DNA of 64,000 nucleotides, from assembly GCA_963793305.1 (NCBI GenBank), contig CAWBZV010000002.1:544001-608000 (forward strand), read 5' to 3'. How positions within the stretch are numbered: the first letter of the stretch is position 1; each line of letters opens with the position of its first letter. This document shows, in pieces, positions 49,093 through 58,053 of the stretch. The notes beneath the pieces were generated by a model that saw only the letters and a list, made by a program, of their open reading frames with translations, made no database searches and had not been told where the DNA came from. A program made the position numbers and the translations under genes. The stretch is from an uncultured Gemmatimonadales bacterium. Lineage in GTDB: Bacteria; Gemmatimonadota; Gemmatimonadetes; Gemmatimonadales; Gemmatimonadaceae.

Positions 49093-49617
49093 ATGGCTAC
49101 GTCCCTGTTTCAGCGTCTGGACGCGCGCGATCGGGCCCTCTTCGACCGCTGGACGATCGATCGGTCAACGGCAGGCCGTCGCGCTTGGATTGTTGTGACG
49201 CACATGGGAGGCCTCTGGTGCAGCGTGGCGGCGGCAACCGTCCCGCTGCTCGCCGCGAGCGCCACGCTGCGGGCGGCGGCGTTCCGGGCGTTTCTCGGAC
49301 TCGCCATTTCGCACGTGATCGTGCAGATCCTCAAGCGCAACGTGTTGCGCGTGCGGCCGACCGAGGAGCTCGGGCACGAGTCGCTGGTCCGGGTACCCGA
49401 CGAGTTCTCGTTCCCGTCAGGTCATGCGACGGCCGCGATGGCGGTGGCTCTGGCCTACGCGATGGCGTTCCCAATGCTCGCGTTGCCGCTCGTCGCGCTG
49501 GCGACGCTCGTCGGGTTCTCGCGCGTGTGTTTGGGCGTTCATTACCCGAGCGACGTGCTGGCGGGTCAGACGATCGCGATCGTCACGGACCTCGTTGTCT
49601 TCGCCGTGGTTCGCTGA
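49093..49617 (+). CDS. PAP2 family lipid phosphatase
   Basis: KRNVLRVRP, SFPSGH, SRVCLGVHYPSDV. Confidence 0.92.
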   Translation: MATSLFQRLDARDRALFDRWTIDRSTAGRRAWIVVTHMGGLWCSVAAATVPLLAASATLRAAAFRAFLGLAISHVIVQILKRNVLRVRPTEELGHESLVRVPDEFSFPSGHATAAMAVALAYAMAFPMLALPLVALATLVGFSRVCLGVHYPSDVLAGQTIAIVTDLVVFAVVR

Positions 49618-49666
49618 GCGACGGCTCATAGTTGCGACATTTGGGTTTCGGTCGTGATGTGGGGTG

Positions 49667-50188
49667 ATGGCCTCCCCCCAGCGCATCCCGGAACCGAAGT
49701 CGCTGACGCCGTTAGCGGCGCAGCTCAAGCGTGAACGGCTCAGGTTCTCGAACTTCCGATTTGCGCGGACCCCATCGGGGTTATGTACGGCCGAAGTCGA
49801 GCTCGAGTGGCTCGATGGGGTTTCCGTGGTTGGCCGGGCAACGGGGCAGTCGAGTCCCATGGGCGACCTCAGGGTCGCTGCCGAAGCGGCTCTCAAAGCA
49901 CTGGAAAACTTTGCTGGCGGGGCGCTGGCGTTCGAGCTGGCCGGTATCAAGGCGTTACGGGCGTTCGACGCCAATATCGTGATCGTGGCTGTCGGCCTTC
50001 GGAAGGGCGAAGGGCCGACCCGGCTCCTCGGCAGCTATCTTGCCGAGCAAGACCCCGTCCGCGCCGCTGTGGTCGCCGTGCTTAACGCTACGAATCGAAT
50101 TCTCGGCAACTTTATATCGACCGATGAGTTCGGCAGTATCGAACTCATCCCCGACCGACCAGTCGAGCACCGCGCAGCGGCTGCATGA
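49667..50188 (+). CDS. Hypothetical protein
   Basis: Open frame with coding-like composition between two clear genes, no function recognised. Confidence 0.7.
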   Translation: MASPQRIPEPKSLTPLAAQLKRERLRFSNFRFARTPSGLCTAEVELEWLDGVSVVGRATGQSSPMGDLRVAAEAALKALENFAGGALAFELAGIKALRAFDANIVIVAVGLRKGEGPTRLLGSYLAEQDPVRAAVVAVLNATNRILGNFISTDEFGSIELIPDRPVEHRAAAA

Positions 50189-50252
50189 CGTGCGGCGGAG
50201 CCGCGCTCGGTTAAAGGACCCGGACCCAGCTACCGGGGTACGGCAGGCCAAG

Positions 50253-51737
50253 ATGCGCCGTATCGCCCTTCTGGTCGCTTTTTCGGCCGTGGGGGCCTGT
50301 GGTGGGCACCACGCCCCGCCAGCGGCTCCACCGGCCCCTGTGGCGTCATCGGGCGCCCCAATGCCGTCCCCGGCCACGGAGCCGGCCCAGGCGCCTTCGC
50401 CGCCGGCCGATACGATGGTCCCGACCGTCGAGATCTCCAAAGAGTACACATTCGTTTTCGGAGACTCGTCGCGGAGTCCTTCGCTGGACACCGCGACGAC
50501 ACCGGCCGAATCCGCGGCCGTCCACTGGGACATGGACGTCAAGTCGTACGAGACGCAGCGTCGCGTCGCGCATTTCGTCTCGATCTTCGCCGGTGAGGCG
50601 CGCGATCACTTCGAGGAGCGCGTACAGCGCGGCACACGATACGAGCCCATGATCCGCGCCAAGCTCCACGCTGCGGGCCTGCCCGAAGACATGACGTACC
50701 TGGCGCTGATCGAGAGCGGCTACTCACCTCACGCGTACTCGTCCGCTGCCGCCGTCGGGATGTGGCAGCTCATGACGTTGACCGCGCGCGGCGCAGGATT
50801 GCGCGTCGATTGGTGGATCGATGAGCGTCGCGATCCGGTCCGCTCGACCGATGCGGCGATCAAGTTCCTCAAGTATCTCAAAGATCAATTCGGGTCGCCG
50901 TATCTCGCCGCCGCGGCATACGACGGCGGCCCGGGTCGTATCGCACGCGGGTTGAGTCGCTACGCGAGCGATTTCGAAGGCCAGAATGGCGACGACATCT
51001 TCTTCGCGCTCGCTGACAAGAAGTATCTCCGCAGCGAGACCAAGGATTACGTGCCGCAGCTCATCGCGGCCGCGCTCGTCGCCAAGCAGCCCGCGCGCTA
51101 CGGGCTCCACATTACGCCCGAGGAGCCGTACGCCTACGACTCCGTACGCGTCGGCCCCGCCACGCCGCTCGCCGCGGTTGCCAAGGCCCTCAACGTGCCG
51201 ACCAGCACGATCCTCGATCTCAACCCCTTCGTGTTGCGCGGCATGACGCCGCCGCGCGACTCATTTCTCGTGCGCGTGCCGACGGGGAACGCCGATGGCT
51301 TCGACTCGGCGTTCGCTGGGCTGGCCAAGGCGCAACGCACGGGGGTCACGCGCGTCGAGGCGAAGAAGGGCGACTCGTTCGCGACGATCGCGCACCGCGC
51401 CGGGCTCACGAGCCGGCAGGTCGCGGCCTACAACCCGAAGACCCCGCACACGAAATCCGGCCGCATCCCCGCGGGCGAGGTCGTGATGGTGCCGAGCAAT
51501 GCCGTCGTCGCGGCCTCGCTGGACGTGCCGGATCCTTCGATCGAGCGCTATGGCTCGTCAGGCCGCGGCAGCATCCACATCGTGAAGAAAGGCGAGTCGC
51601 TCGGCCTCATCGCGGTGCACTATCACACGACGGTCGCCCGCTTGATGCAGCTCAACGGCCTGCGCAAAAGCATCATTCTGCCGGGGCAGGCGCTCGTAGT
51701 CTCCGGCTCCGCCGGTCGCGCCAAGCATCGGTCCTAA
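50253..51737 (+). CDS. MltD-like lytic transglycosylase lipoprotein with LysM domains
   Basis: Lipobox VGAC, ALIESG, AVGMWQL, DERRDP, ETKDYVP, C-terminal LysM (HIVKKGESL). Confidence 0.92.
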   Translation: MRRIALLVAFSAVGACGGHHAPPAAPPAPVASSGAPMPSPATEPAQAPSPPADTMVPTVEISKEYTFVFGDSSRSPSLDTATTPAESAAVHWDMDVKSYETQRRVAHFVSIFAGEARDHFEERVQRGTRYEPMIRAKLHAAGLPEDMTYLALIESGYSPHAYSSAAAVGMWQLMTLTARGAGLRVDWWIDERRDPVRSTDAAIKFLKYLKDQFGSPYLAAAAYDGGPGRIARGLSRYASDFEGQNGDDIFFALADKKYLRSETKDYVPQLIAAALVAKQPARYGLHITPEEPYAYDSVRVGPATPLAAVAKALNVPTSTILDLNPFVLRGMTPPRDSFLVRVPTGNADGFDSAFAGLAKAQRTGVTRVEAKKGDSFATIAHRAGLTSRQVAAYNPKTPHTKSGRIPAGEVVMVPSNAVVAASLDVPDPSIERYGSSGRGSIHIVKKGESLGLIAVHYHTTVARLMQLNGLRKSIILPGQALVVSGSAGRAKHRS

Positions 51738-51755
51738 GCGCCAGTCCTGATGCAC

Positions 51756-51787
51756 AACGGGGCCGACCAATTACGGCCGACCCCGTT
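51756..51787. terminator. Hairpin between convergent genes
   Basis: AACGGGG...CCCCGTT with inner GCCG/CGGC pairing. Confidence 0.5.
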
Positions 51788-51808
51788 CGCTGTATGCGTT
51801 CGTCGACG

Positions 51809-52492
51809 TTAGTCGACCACGCCTTTGCCTTTGTAGCCTTTCATCACGAGATGCTCGTACCCGTTCGACGGGTCGAGACCCGCTTGGCGTGATTCGTTGA
51901 CCGCCGTTTCCCCGCGATTGTAGATCAGCAGCGCGAGCTTCATGTTGCCGTGATTCTCACGCACCAACGCGCGGAGATACCGGAGCCCGCACCGCAAGTT
52001 CGTCTCGCGATCATACAACGCGTCGCGCGTCACGCCCGGGACAAAGAAGCGAGCCGTCGCCGGCATGACCTGCGTGAGCCCGACCGCGCCCACGGGGCTC
52101 AGCGCGTGATCATTGAACTCGCTCTCGACTCTCACGAGACGGAACGCGAGCTCCGGCTCAATGCCTTCGGCCAACGCGACATCATAGATCGACGACGCGA
52201 GATCGGCCGCGACATGATACCGCGTCGAGAACGCAAACACGGCCTGCATACGCTCGAGCTGTGCGGTGGCGAGATCGAGCTTGCCCCGCGTCTCGTCGAG
52301 CTGATTCCTCAGATCGGACGACCCCATAACGAGCAACGGCGATACTTCTGCCCGCGCCTCGCTCGGCCGATGGCCCTCGAACGCGACGACGCCTACACCG
52401 CAGGCGAGGACGGCAATGATGCCGTTCCGCCAGCGAGCCCGACGACGTTCGATCTCTCCCCGACGCGCATACCCACTCTTGTATTGTCGCAT
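51809..52492 (-). CDS. SLT-domain lytic transglycosylase
   Basis: VRVESEF, GAVGLTQVMPATA, ALLIYNRG, N-terminal TM segment. Confidence 0.88.
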   Translation of the reverse strand: MRQYKSGYARRGEIERRRARWRNGIIAVLACGVGVVAFEGHRPSEARAEVSPLLVMGSSDLRNQLDETRGKLDLATAQLERMQAVFAFSTRYHVAADLASSIYDVALAEGIEPELAFRLVRVESEFNDHALSPVGAVGLTQVMPATARFFVPGVTRDALYDRETNLRCGLRYLRALVRENHGNMKLALLIYNRGETAVNESRQAGLDPSNGYEHLVMKGYKGKGVVD

Positions 52493-52552
52493 TGGATTTT
52501 TGTCCTGATTCAGAGAAAACGTGGGTCCAACCAGGCGCAACCGCCGTGCCAC

Positions 52553-53035
52553 TCATGAGCGGGTCCACGAGCCGCCCGCGCCGCCGTGCTTTTCCTGGAG
52601 CATAACGTCCGAAATCACCAGGGTCTTATCTATGGCTTTCACCATGTCATACACGGTGATCAAGCTCACCGCGACGGCGGTCAACGCTTCCATCTCAACT
52701 CCTGTCTTTCCGACAGTCTTGGCGATAGCCTCAGCCCGGAGACCCGGAAGCGCGTCGTCTGCAAAAAGACTGACCTGAAGGTCCGTCAATGGCAAGGGGT
52801 GACACAGCGGTATCAATTCTGCAGTACGTTTTCCTGCCATTATACCAGCAACACGTGATACGCTGAGAACGTCGCCTTTCGCGACAGTGTTTTTTTTGAT
52901 CGCTGACAGCGTATCGGCGTTCATGCGAATGGCACCTGTCGCGCGTGCAACACGAACCGTGTCGTTCTTATGTGTAACATCGACCATCCGTGCGGAGCCA
53001 TCCGCGTCGATGTGATTCAGATCACGTTCGCTCAT
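52553..53035 (-). CDS. moaC: Cyclic pyranopterin monophosphate synthase
   Basis: ARMVDV, KGDVL, LIPLCHP, TGVEMEAL, YDMVKA, KHGG. Confidence 0.96.
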   Translation of the reverse strand: MSERDLNHIDADGSARMVDVTHKNDTVRVARATGAIRMNADTLSAIKKNTVAKGDVLSVSRVAGIMAGKRTAELIPLCHPLPLTDLQVSLFADDALPGLRAEAIAKTVGKTGVEMEALTAVAVSLITVYDMVKAIDKTLVISDVMLQEKHGGAGGSWTRS

Positions 53036-53940
53036 GGCTCGAGCCCCATGAGTAGTACGGCCGTGATGAGCTGAGGATTCACGTTGTTCTCGAGCATGTC
53101 TTTCGCTTGCTCGACACGCGTGACACCCGCGACCGCTCGTTGTGCACTCTCGGTATCACCACGCCCGATCGCATCGCGCGCTCGTGCATGCAGCCCAACT
53201 GTCATCGCATCGAGTCGCTCGGCGAAGGCACCACGCGCGCCTGCCGCACCTTGGCGCAATGCGACGCGATACCGATCGGCACCCTGCGCGGTGAGCAACG
53301 CGCTCGCATCCACCTCGCGATGCGTGGGACGCACGCCGTCCGGCGCCACGCGAATCATCACGACGCGCGAGCGTATCGTTGGCAGCAATGCATCCGGCCT
53401 GCTCGTCGTCAGGATGATCGTCGTGTCGGCCGGCGGTTCCTCGAGGGCCTTGAGGAACGCATTCGCTGCTGCCTCGGCGCCCTCCTGTGGAACCATTCGC
53501 TCCGCATCGCCGATCACGACCACTTTGCGCGAACCGATCGCTGGTCGCATCGCCATACGAGCGAGCAGCGCGCGAACCGTCGAGACGTAGATCGCGTCGG
53601 ACCCGGATGGAGGCCCATACTGCCAACCCGTGTCGCGCCGCTCCGCGATCGCCGATGACAGATCCTCCCACACGGTGTCGGCCGACGCATCACTGTCTTT
53701 GAGGCGGGGTCGCGGGAAGATCCATGTAAGATCCGGATGCATGAGCGACGCGGCCCAGACGCAGGCCTGGCACATGCCGCACGGCTTGCCGGCCGGGGCC
53801 GTACACAGCAGGCGTTGCCCGAGCCACAACGCGAGGCGCTGCTTGCCGATGCCACTGGGACCAACGAACGCCATCGCCGACGGCAGTCGTCCCGCGTCAG
53901 CGCTGGCCGCGAGGCGCTCCTTCAAAGTTACGGCAGGCAT
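53032..53940 (-). CDS. holB: DNA polymerase III delta' subunit (compact)
   Basis: GPSGIGK, zinc module C...CGMCQAC, HPD, AANAFLKALEEPP, LLPTIRSR. Confidence 0.85.
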   Translation of the reverse strand: MPAVTLKERLAASADAGRLPSAMAFVGPSGIGKQRLALWLGQRLLCTAPAGKPCGMCQACVWAASLMHPDLTWIFPRPRLKDSDASADTVWEDLSSAIAERRDTGWQYGPPSGSDAIYVSTVRALLARMAMRPAIGSRKVVVIGDAERMVPQEGAEAAANAFLKALEEPPADTTIILTTSRPDALLPTIRSRVVMIRVAPDGVRPTHREVDASALLTAQGADRYRVALRQGAAGARGAFAERLDAMTVGLHARARDAIGRGDTESAQRAVAGVTRVEQAKDMLENNVNPQLITAVLLMGLEP

Positions 53941-53986
53941 AGGCTGAATATATGGCGCCCCCTCATTCGCCAGTTAACTTGCTCAT

Positions 53987-54607
53987 GTGCCGCCGCTTCG
54001 CACTGTCCAGCCGCCTCCGTCGTCGCCGCCACCACCGGCGCTGCATCTGCGCGCGCTCGATAACCTACAGTTCATTCGCGACACGATGGAACGCGCGGGC
54101 TCGTTCACGGCCATCTCCGGACTCGGGATGATCGTGATCGGCGTCGTGGCGTTCGTTGTCGCGGACATTGCCGCTCACAGCGCCACGCCTCGTGGATGGC
54201 TCATGTCGTGGATCGTCGCGGCGGCGATCAGCGCCGCGGTGTCGGCGTTCGCGATCGCGCGCAAAGCGCGCGGTGCACACACGCCAGTCTTCAATGGCCC
54301 GGGCCGCAAGCTCGCGCTCAGCTTCACACCGACGATGTTCGTTGGCGCGCTCCTCACCGTCGTGCTCTACCGCGCGGGCCTCGTGAGCGCACTCCCGGCA
54401 CTCTGGCTGCTGGTCTACGGTTCGGCGGTGATGACCGGTGGCACCTATTCGGTTCGCATCGTCCCGGTGATGGGACTCTGTTTCGTTGTACTTGGTATTG
54501 TTGCACTGATCGCGCCGGCGACCTGGGGCGACTGGTTACTCGCGGGCGGCTTCGGCGGCCTGCACCTGGCGTTCGGGACGGCGATCGCATGGAGGCATGG
54601 TGGCTAA
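53987..54607 (+). CDS. Hypothetical membrane protein
   Basis: ALDNLQFIRDTMER N-terminus, about 6 TM helices, GFGGLH. Overlaps the HTH gene. Confidence 0.8.
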   Translation: MPPLRTVQPPPSSPPPPALHLRALDNLQFIRDTMERAGSFTAISGLGMIVIGVVAFVVADIAAHSATPRGWLMSWIVAAAISAAVSAFAIARKARGAHTPVFNGPGRKLALSFTPTMFVGALLTVVLYRAGLVSALPALWLLVYGSAVMTGGTYSVRIVPVMGLCFVVLGIVALIAPATWGDWLLAGGFGGLHLAFGTAIAWRHGG

Positions 54608-54986
54608 AGGCAATGGTTCGGCAGTGCCGAAGGACGTCGAGGCCGCGCCACGCGGTGAGCGCCGGGTCGGCGCACGGGCCGCGGCACGGGCCTCCTCGTC
54701 GCTCGATCGCATCATTCACGAGCGACTCCGACTCGGCATCGTGAGCGCGTTGGCCGTCAATCAAGTGTTGAGCTTCAACGAGTTGAAGCAGCTCATGCAG
54801 GCGACCGACGGCAACTTGAGCGTCCACGCCCGCAAGCTCGAGGAGGCCGGCTACATCAGCTGTGAAAAAACGTTCAGCGGCCGGCTGCCCCACACGGAGT
54901 ATCGTCTGACGGCGTCCGGTCGTCGGGCACTGGAGCGCTACCTGGACCACATGGAAGCGCTCATTCGCGCGACCCGCGAAAAGTGA
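54597..54986 (+). CDS. Winged-helix transcriptional regulator (ArsR/MarR-like, HTH_34)
   Basis: [37 protein letters not shown]. Confidence 0.9.
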   Translation: MVAKGNGSAVPKDVEAAPRGERRVGARAAARASSSLDRIIHERLRLGIVSALAVNQVLSFNELKQLMQATDGNLSVHARKLEEAGYISCEKTFSGRLPHTEYRLTASGRRALERYLDHMEALIRATREK

Positions 54987-55035
54987 GACGAACCTTTTAT
55001 ATCGACTCGGCAATTTTTTTTGGGGTATAGGCTTC

Positions 55036-55773
55036 ATGGCACAAAGTGCTTCGCCCGCGGGAATGCATGTGGCGATCATTATGGACGGCAACGGACGGTG
55101 GGCGCGCGCCCGTGGACGGCCACGAGCCGCCGGCCATGTCGCCGGCGTCGAGACGGTGCGGAAGATCACGGAGCACGCGTCGACGCTCGGCGTCGGCACT
55201 TTGACCCTATACGCCTTCTCGGCCGACAACTGGCGCCGGCCGGCCCCGGAAGTCCGCGCGCTCATGCGCCTCTTTCGGCGCGCCCTGCGGTCCGAGATGG
55301 AGCGCTGCCTGGTCAACGGCGTCCGGATGTCGATCGTTGGCCGGCGCGACCGGTTGAGCCCGCAACTGCTAGAGACGATCGAGCACGCCGAGTCGGCCAC
55401 CGCCCACGGCCGCACGCTGTGGCTCCGCATCGCGATCGACTACTCATCGCGCGATGCGATCGTGCGCGCCGCCGCCCGCTATGCGGCGCTCCACCCGGGC
55501 GGGGCTCCTGCGATGCCCGGCAACGCGGAATTCGCCGCCCTCCTCTCGGAAGTTCACCACTCGGCCCCGGTGCCAAACGTCGACCTGCTCATCCGCACCG
55601 GCGGTGAGCAGCGGCTCTCGGATTTCCTCCTGTGGGAGTGCTCGTACGCCGAGCTCTATTTCACGCCGCGCATGTGGCCCGAGTTCGACACCGGCGAATT
55701 CTCGCACGCGGTGAACGAGTTCCGGCGGCGTGAGCGGCGGTTCGGTGGCCTTGTGGAGGCAGCCGCCGGTTGA
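55036..55773 (+). CDS. uppS: Undecaprenyl diphosphate synthase (cis-prenyltransferase)
   Basis: [46 protein letters not shown]. Confidence 0.93.
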   Translation: MAQSASPAGMHVAIIMDGNGRWARARGRPRAAGHVAGVETVRKITEHASTLGVGTLTLYAFSADNWRRPAPEVRALMRLFRRALRSEMERCLVNGVRMSIVGRRDRLSPQLLETIEHAESATAHGRTLWLRIAIDYSSRDAIVRAAARYAALHPGGAPAMPGNAEFAALLSEVHHSAPVPNVDLLIRTGGEQRLSDFLLWECSYAELYFTPRMWPEFDTGEFSHAVNEFRRRERRFGGLVEAAAG

Positions 55774-56789
55774 TTGCGGCCGTCCTCCTGCTCGCTCTCC
55801 AGATGCGCGGCGTCAGCGTCGCGCATGATGGCACCGTCTGGGCGAGCAGCCAACACGGCGTCGTTGTCCACTCGACGGACCGCGGTGCGACGTGGCAGAC
55901 CGACACAATCGCCGCGGCCCGCACATTCGACCTGCGCGGCATAGCCGCCGTCGATCATCGCACCGCGCATGCAATAGTCGCTGGAGCAGACACGGGTCGG
56001 ATCTTCGTCACCAGCGACGGTGGCCATTCGTGGCGACTCGAGTACAATGACACGCGCAAGGGCGTCTTCTTCGATGCCATCGCGCTTTGGAGCTCGGCGG
56101 AGCCGAGATCTGTCCAACCGACCAGTCGAGCGGCGCGAAGCGCGCATCGACGTGCCGCGGAGCGGCGCCCGAGAGACCTGATCGTCCTCGGCGATCCGAT
56201 CGGTGATGCGTTTACAGTTCTTGTCAGCCGTGACGCGGGCGCGCATTGGACCGCCGTCCATCCACCGCCCGCGCTCCCTGGCGAAGCGGCCTTTGCGGCC
56301 AGCAACACGTGCCTGGCGACGGGCGCGCCCGGAGAAGCGTGGTTCGTCACCGGTGGGAGTCACACATTCGCACGAGCGTTTCATACGCTCGATTATGGCG
56401 TGCGCTGGTCAGTGACCAGCTTGCCACTTGTGGCTGGTGACGCGAGCTCAGGCGCGTTCTCGATCGCGTTCAATAAGAGTCATGGCGTCGTCGTGGGCGG
56501 CGACTATGCCGTTCCGGATTCGTCGCGCCCGAACATCGCCCTGAGCACAGACGGTGGCGCCACGTGGGCGCTCGGTCCTGGACCAGGCGCTGTACCATAT
56601 CTCTCCGCCGTTGCACCACTTCGAGCCGGCTGGATCGCCACTGGCACGCGCGGAACCTGGATCTCCCGCGACGACGGCATGAGCTGGACGCGGGCCGACA
56701 CGACCACGGAGAACGCGATCGCCGTCACGCCGACACACGCGATTCTCCTCGGGGCGAAAATCCAGCGAATTGGAGATCCAACGCGTTGA
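55770..56789 (+). CDS. Ycf48-like BNR-repeat beta-propeller protein
   Basis: [24 protein letters not shown] Asp-boxes, [14 protein letters not shown]. Confidence 0.85.
   Translation: MIAAVLLLALQMRGVSVAHDGTVWASSQHGVVVHSTDRGATWQTDTIAAARTFDLRGIAAVDHRTAHAIVAGADTGRIFVTSDGGHSWRLEYNDTRKGVFFDAIALWSSAEPRSVQPTSRAARSAHRRAAERRPRDLIVLGDPIGDAFTVLVSRDAGAHWTAVHPPPALPGEAAFAASNTCLATGAPGEAWFVTGGSHTFARAFHTLDYGVRWSVTSLPLVAGDASSGAFSIAFNKSHGVVVGGDYAVPDSSRPNIALSTDGGATWALGPGPGAVPYLSAVAPLRAGWIATGTRGTWISRDDGMSWTRADTTTENAIAVTPTHAILLGAKIQRIGDPTR
56091..56177. repeat. In-frame palindromic insert made of three GNA-triloop hairpins
   Basis: CTCGGC-GGA-GCCGAG (56093-107), GTCGAGC(G)GCGC-GAA-GCGCGC(A)TCGAC (56125-151), GCCGC-GGA-GCGGC (56154-166). 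Confidence 0.65.
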
Positions 56790-56815
56790 GAGAGGGGACT
56801 GTACAACCCTCTACC

Positions 56816-57305
56816 ATGCGAAAAGCAGCCAACTCCAATATCACGCTGCGACTGATCGGAGGCGCGCCGGCAACACGCGCGCTACGCCTGCTCCGCTCTC
56901 TCGAGAAGCGGCCCGCCGATGGAGCCAGCCGACCCGTCGTAATCGCGCTGGTGCTCCCGACAAATGAGGGAGACGTCACCGAGTCGATGACGACCGACGT
57001 TGGGCGAACCGTCCGTTTCGGGGACGTCACGGTCGACCTCGCCGCCCGCGCGGTCACGCGGAACGGGGAATCGGTGACGCTCACCCCGCGCCAGTTCGAC
57101 CTGCTGGCCGCGCTCGTGCGGTCAGGTGGCCGGGCGATGTCACGCCGGGAGCTCATCGACGTCGCGTGGCCGGACGCGAACGGCAGCGGCGCCCGGACGA
57201 TCGACACCCACATCTCGGCATCTGCGGCACCGGCTCGAGCTCGATGCCGCGGCGCCGCGGCACATCATGACCGTGAAAAAGATGGGCTATCGCTTTCAGG
57301 TCTGA
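56816..57305 (+). CDS. OmpR/PhoB-type DNA-binding domain protein without a receiver (apparent +1 frameshift near 57218)
   Basis: FGDVTVD...LTPRQFDLL...SRRELI...RTIDTHI continues in the next frame as HLRHRLE...HIMTVKKMGYRF-stop. Confidence 0.75.
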
Positions 57306-57712
57306 TCGCGGAAGCGGCTCATTGCGCGGAGCCGTTCCCGCTGGGGTGGCGTGAGAATGCTGTCGATGGCCGCCCGCGTGCCGAGCATCAGCGCGCGGAC
57401 ACGCGGTTGATACTCGTTTCGCAGCGAGTCGTACGCGGTCATCTGCCGCGCAATGATCGAGTCGATTTTGACTTGCTGCGCGGACGAGAGATCGAGCTCG
57501 CGTGCGAGCCGCCGCGCGGTCCCGCTGCCCGTTCCGTCCGTGATCACATCCGCGCCGTAGTACCGATATAAGACCAAGCGGTCGATCGCTACGCCGACCG
57601 CGACGCCGGCACATCCCACCAGCAGCAGCACGAGGGCAAACGTGACCTCGCGGCTCAGGTGGCGCTTTCGTGTGCGGGTGCCGAGCTCTCCGACGACGCC
57701 GGCGCTCGCCAT
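57296..57712 (-). CDS. Membrane-anchored helical protein in the ECF sigma operon
   Basis: TM segment then LARELDLSSAQQ...ILTPPQRER (LTxxQ-like). TGATG coupling to the upstream gene. Confidence 0.7.
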   Translation of the reverse strand: MASAGVVGELGTRTRKRHLSREVTFALVLLLVGCAGVAVGVAIDRLVLYRYYGADVITDGTGSGTARRLARELDLSSAQQVKIDSIIARQMTAYDSLRNEYQPRVRALMLGTRAAIDSILTPPQRERLRAMSRFRDQT

Positions 57713-58053
57713 CACCGGTCCGTGCCGACGGCCGCCGCGATCACCCACTCTCCGTCGCGCGGTCCCACCGCGGCGACCTCGAATGCCTGCGCCGACGCCT
57801 CATCGCCACTCACGGCGCCGAGCAGCGTTGCTTTGGGAGTGGGGATGAGCGCAATCGCCAGGGCGGCCGCCACCCCGGCGGCGATCCCCGCGGTCGCGGC
57901 CATCCGTGTCCAGCGACCCCAAGATCGGCGAGCGCGAAGCGCGAGCGAGGTATCCATACTGATACGCGCGGCAAGGCCGTCGAAATCGACGCCGCGCGTC
58001 GCGCGCCCGTCCACGCTCCGCCACAGTGCGCGGAGCCGATCGTTGCTCCTCAT
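57712..58053 (-). CDS. Putative anti-sigma factor (single TM)
   Basis: ATGA overlap with the ECF sigma stop, short cytoplasmic region then a TM helix. Confidence 0.6.
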   Translation of the reverse strand: MRSNDRLRALWRSVDGRATRGVDFDGLAARISMDTSLALRARRSWGRWTRMAATAGIAAGVAAALAIALIPTPKATLLGAVSGDEASAQAFEVAAVGPRDGEWVIAAAVGTDR

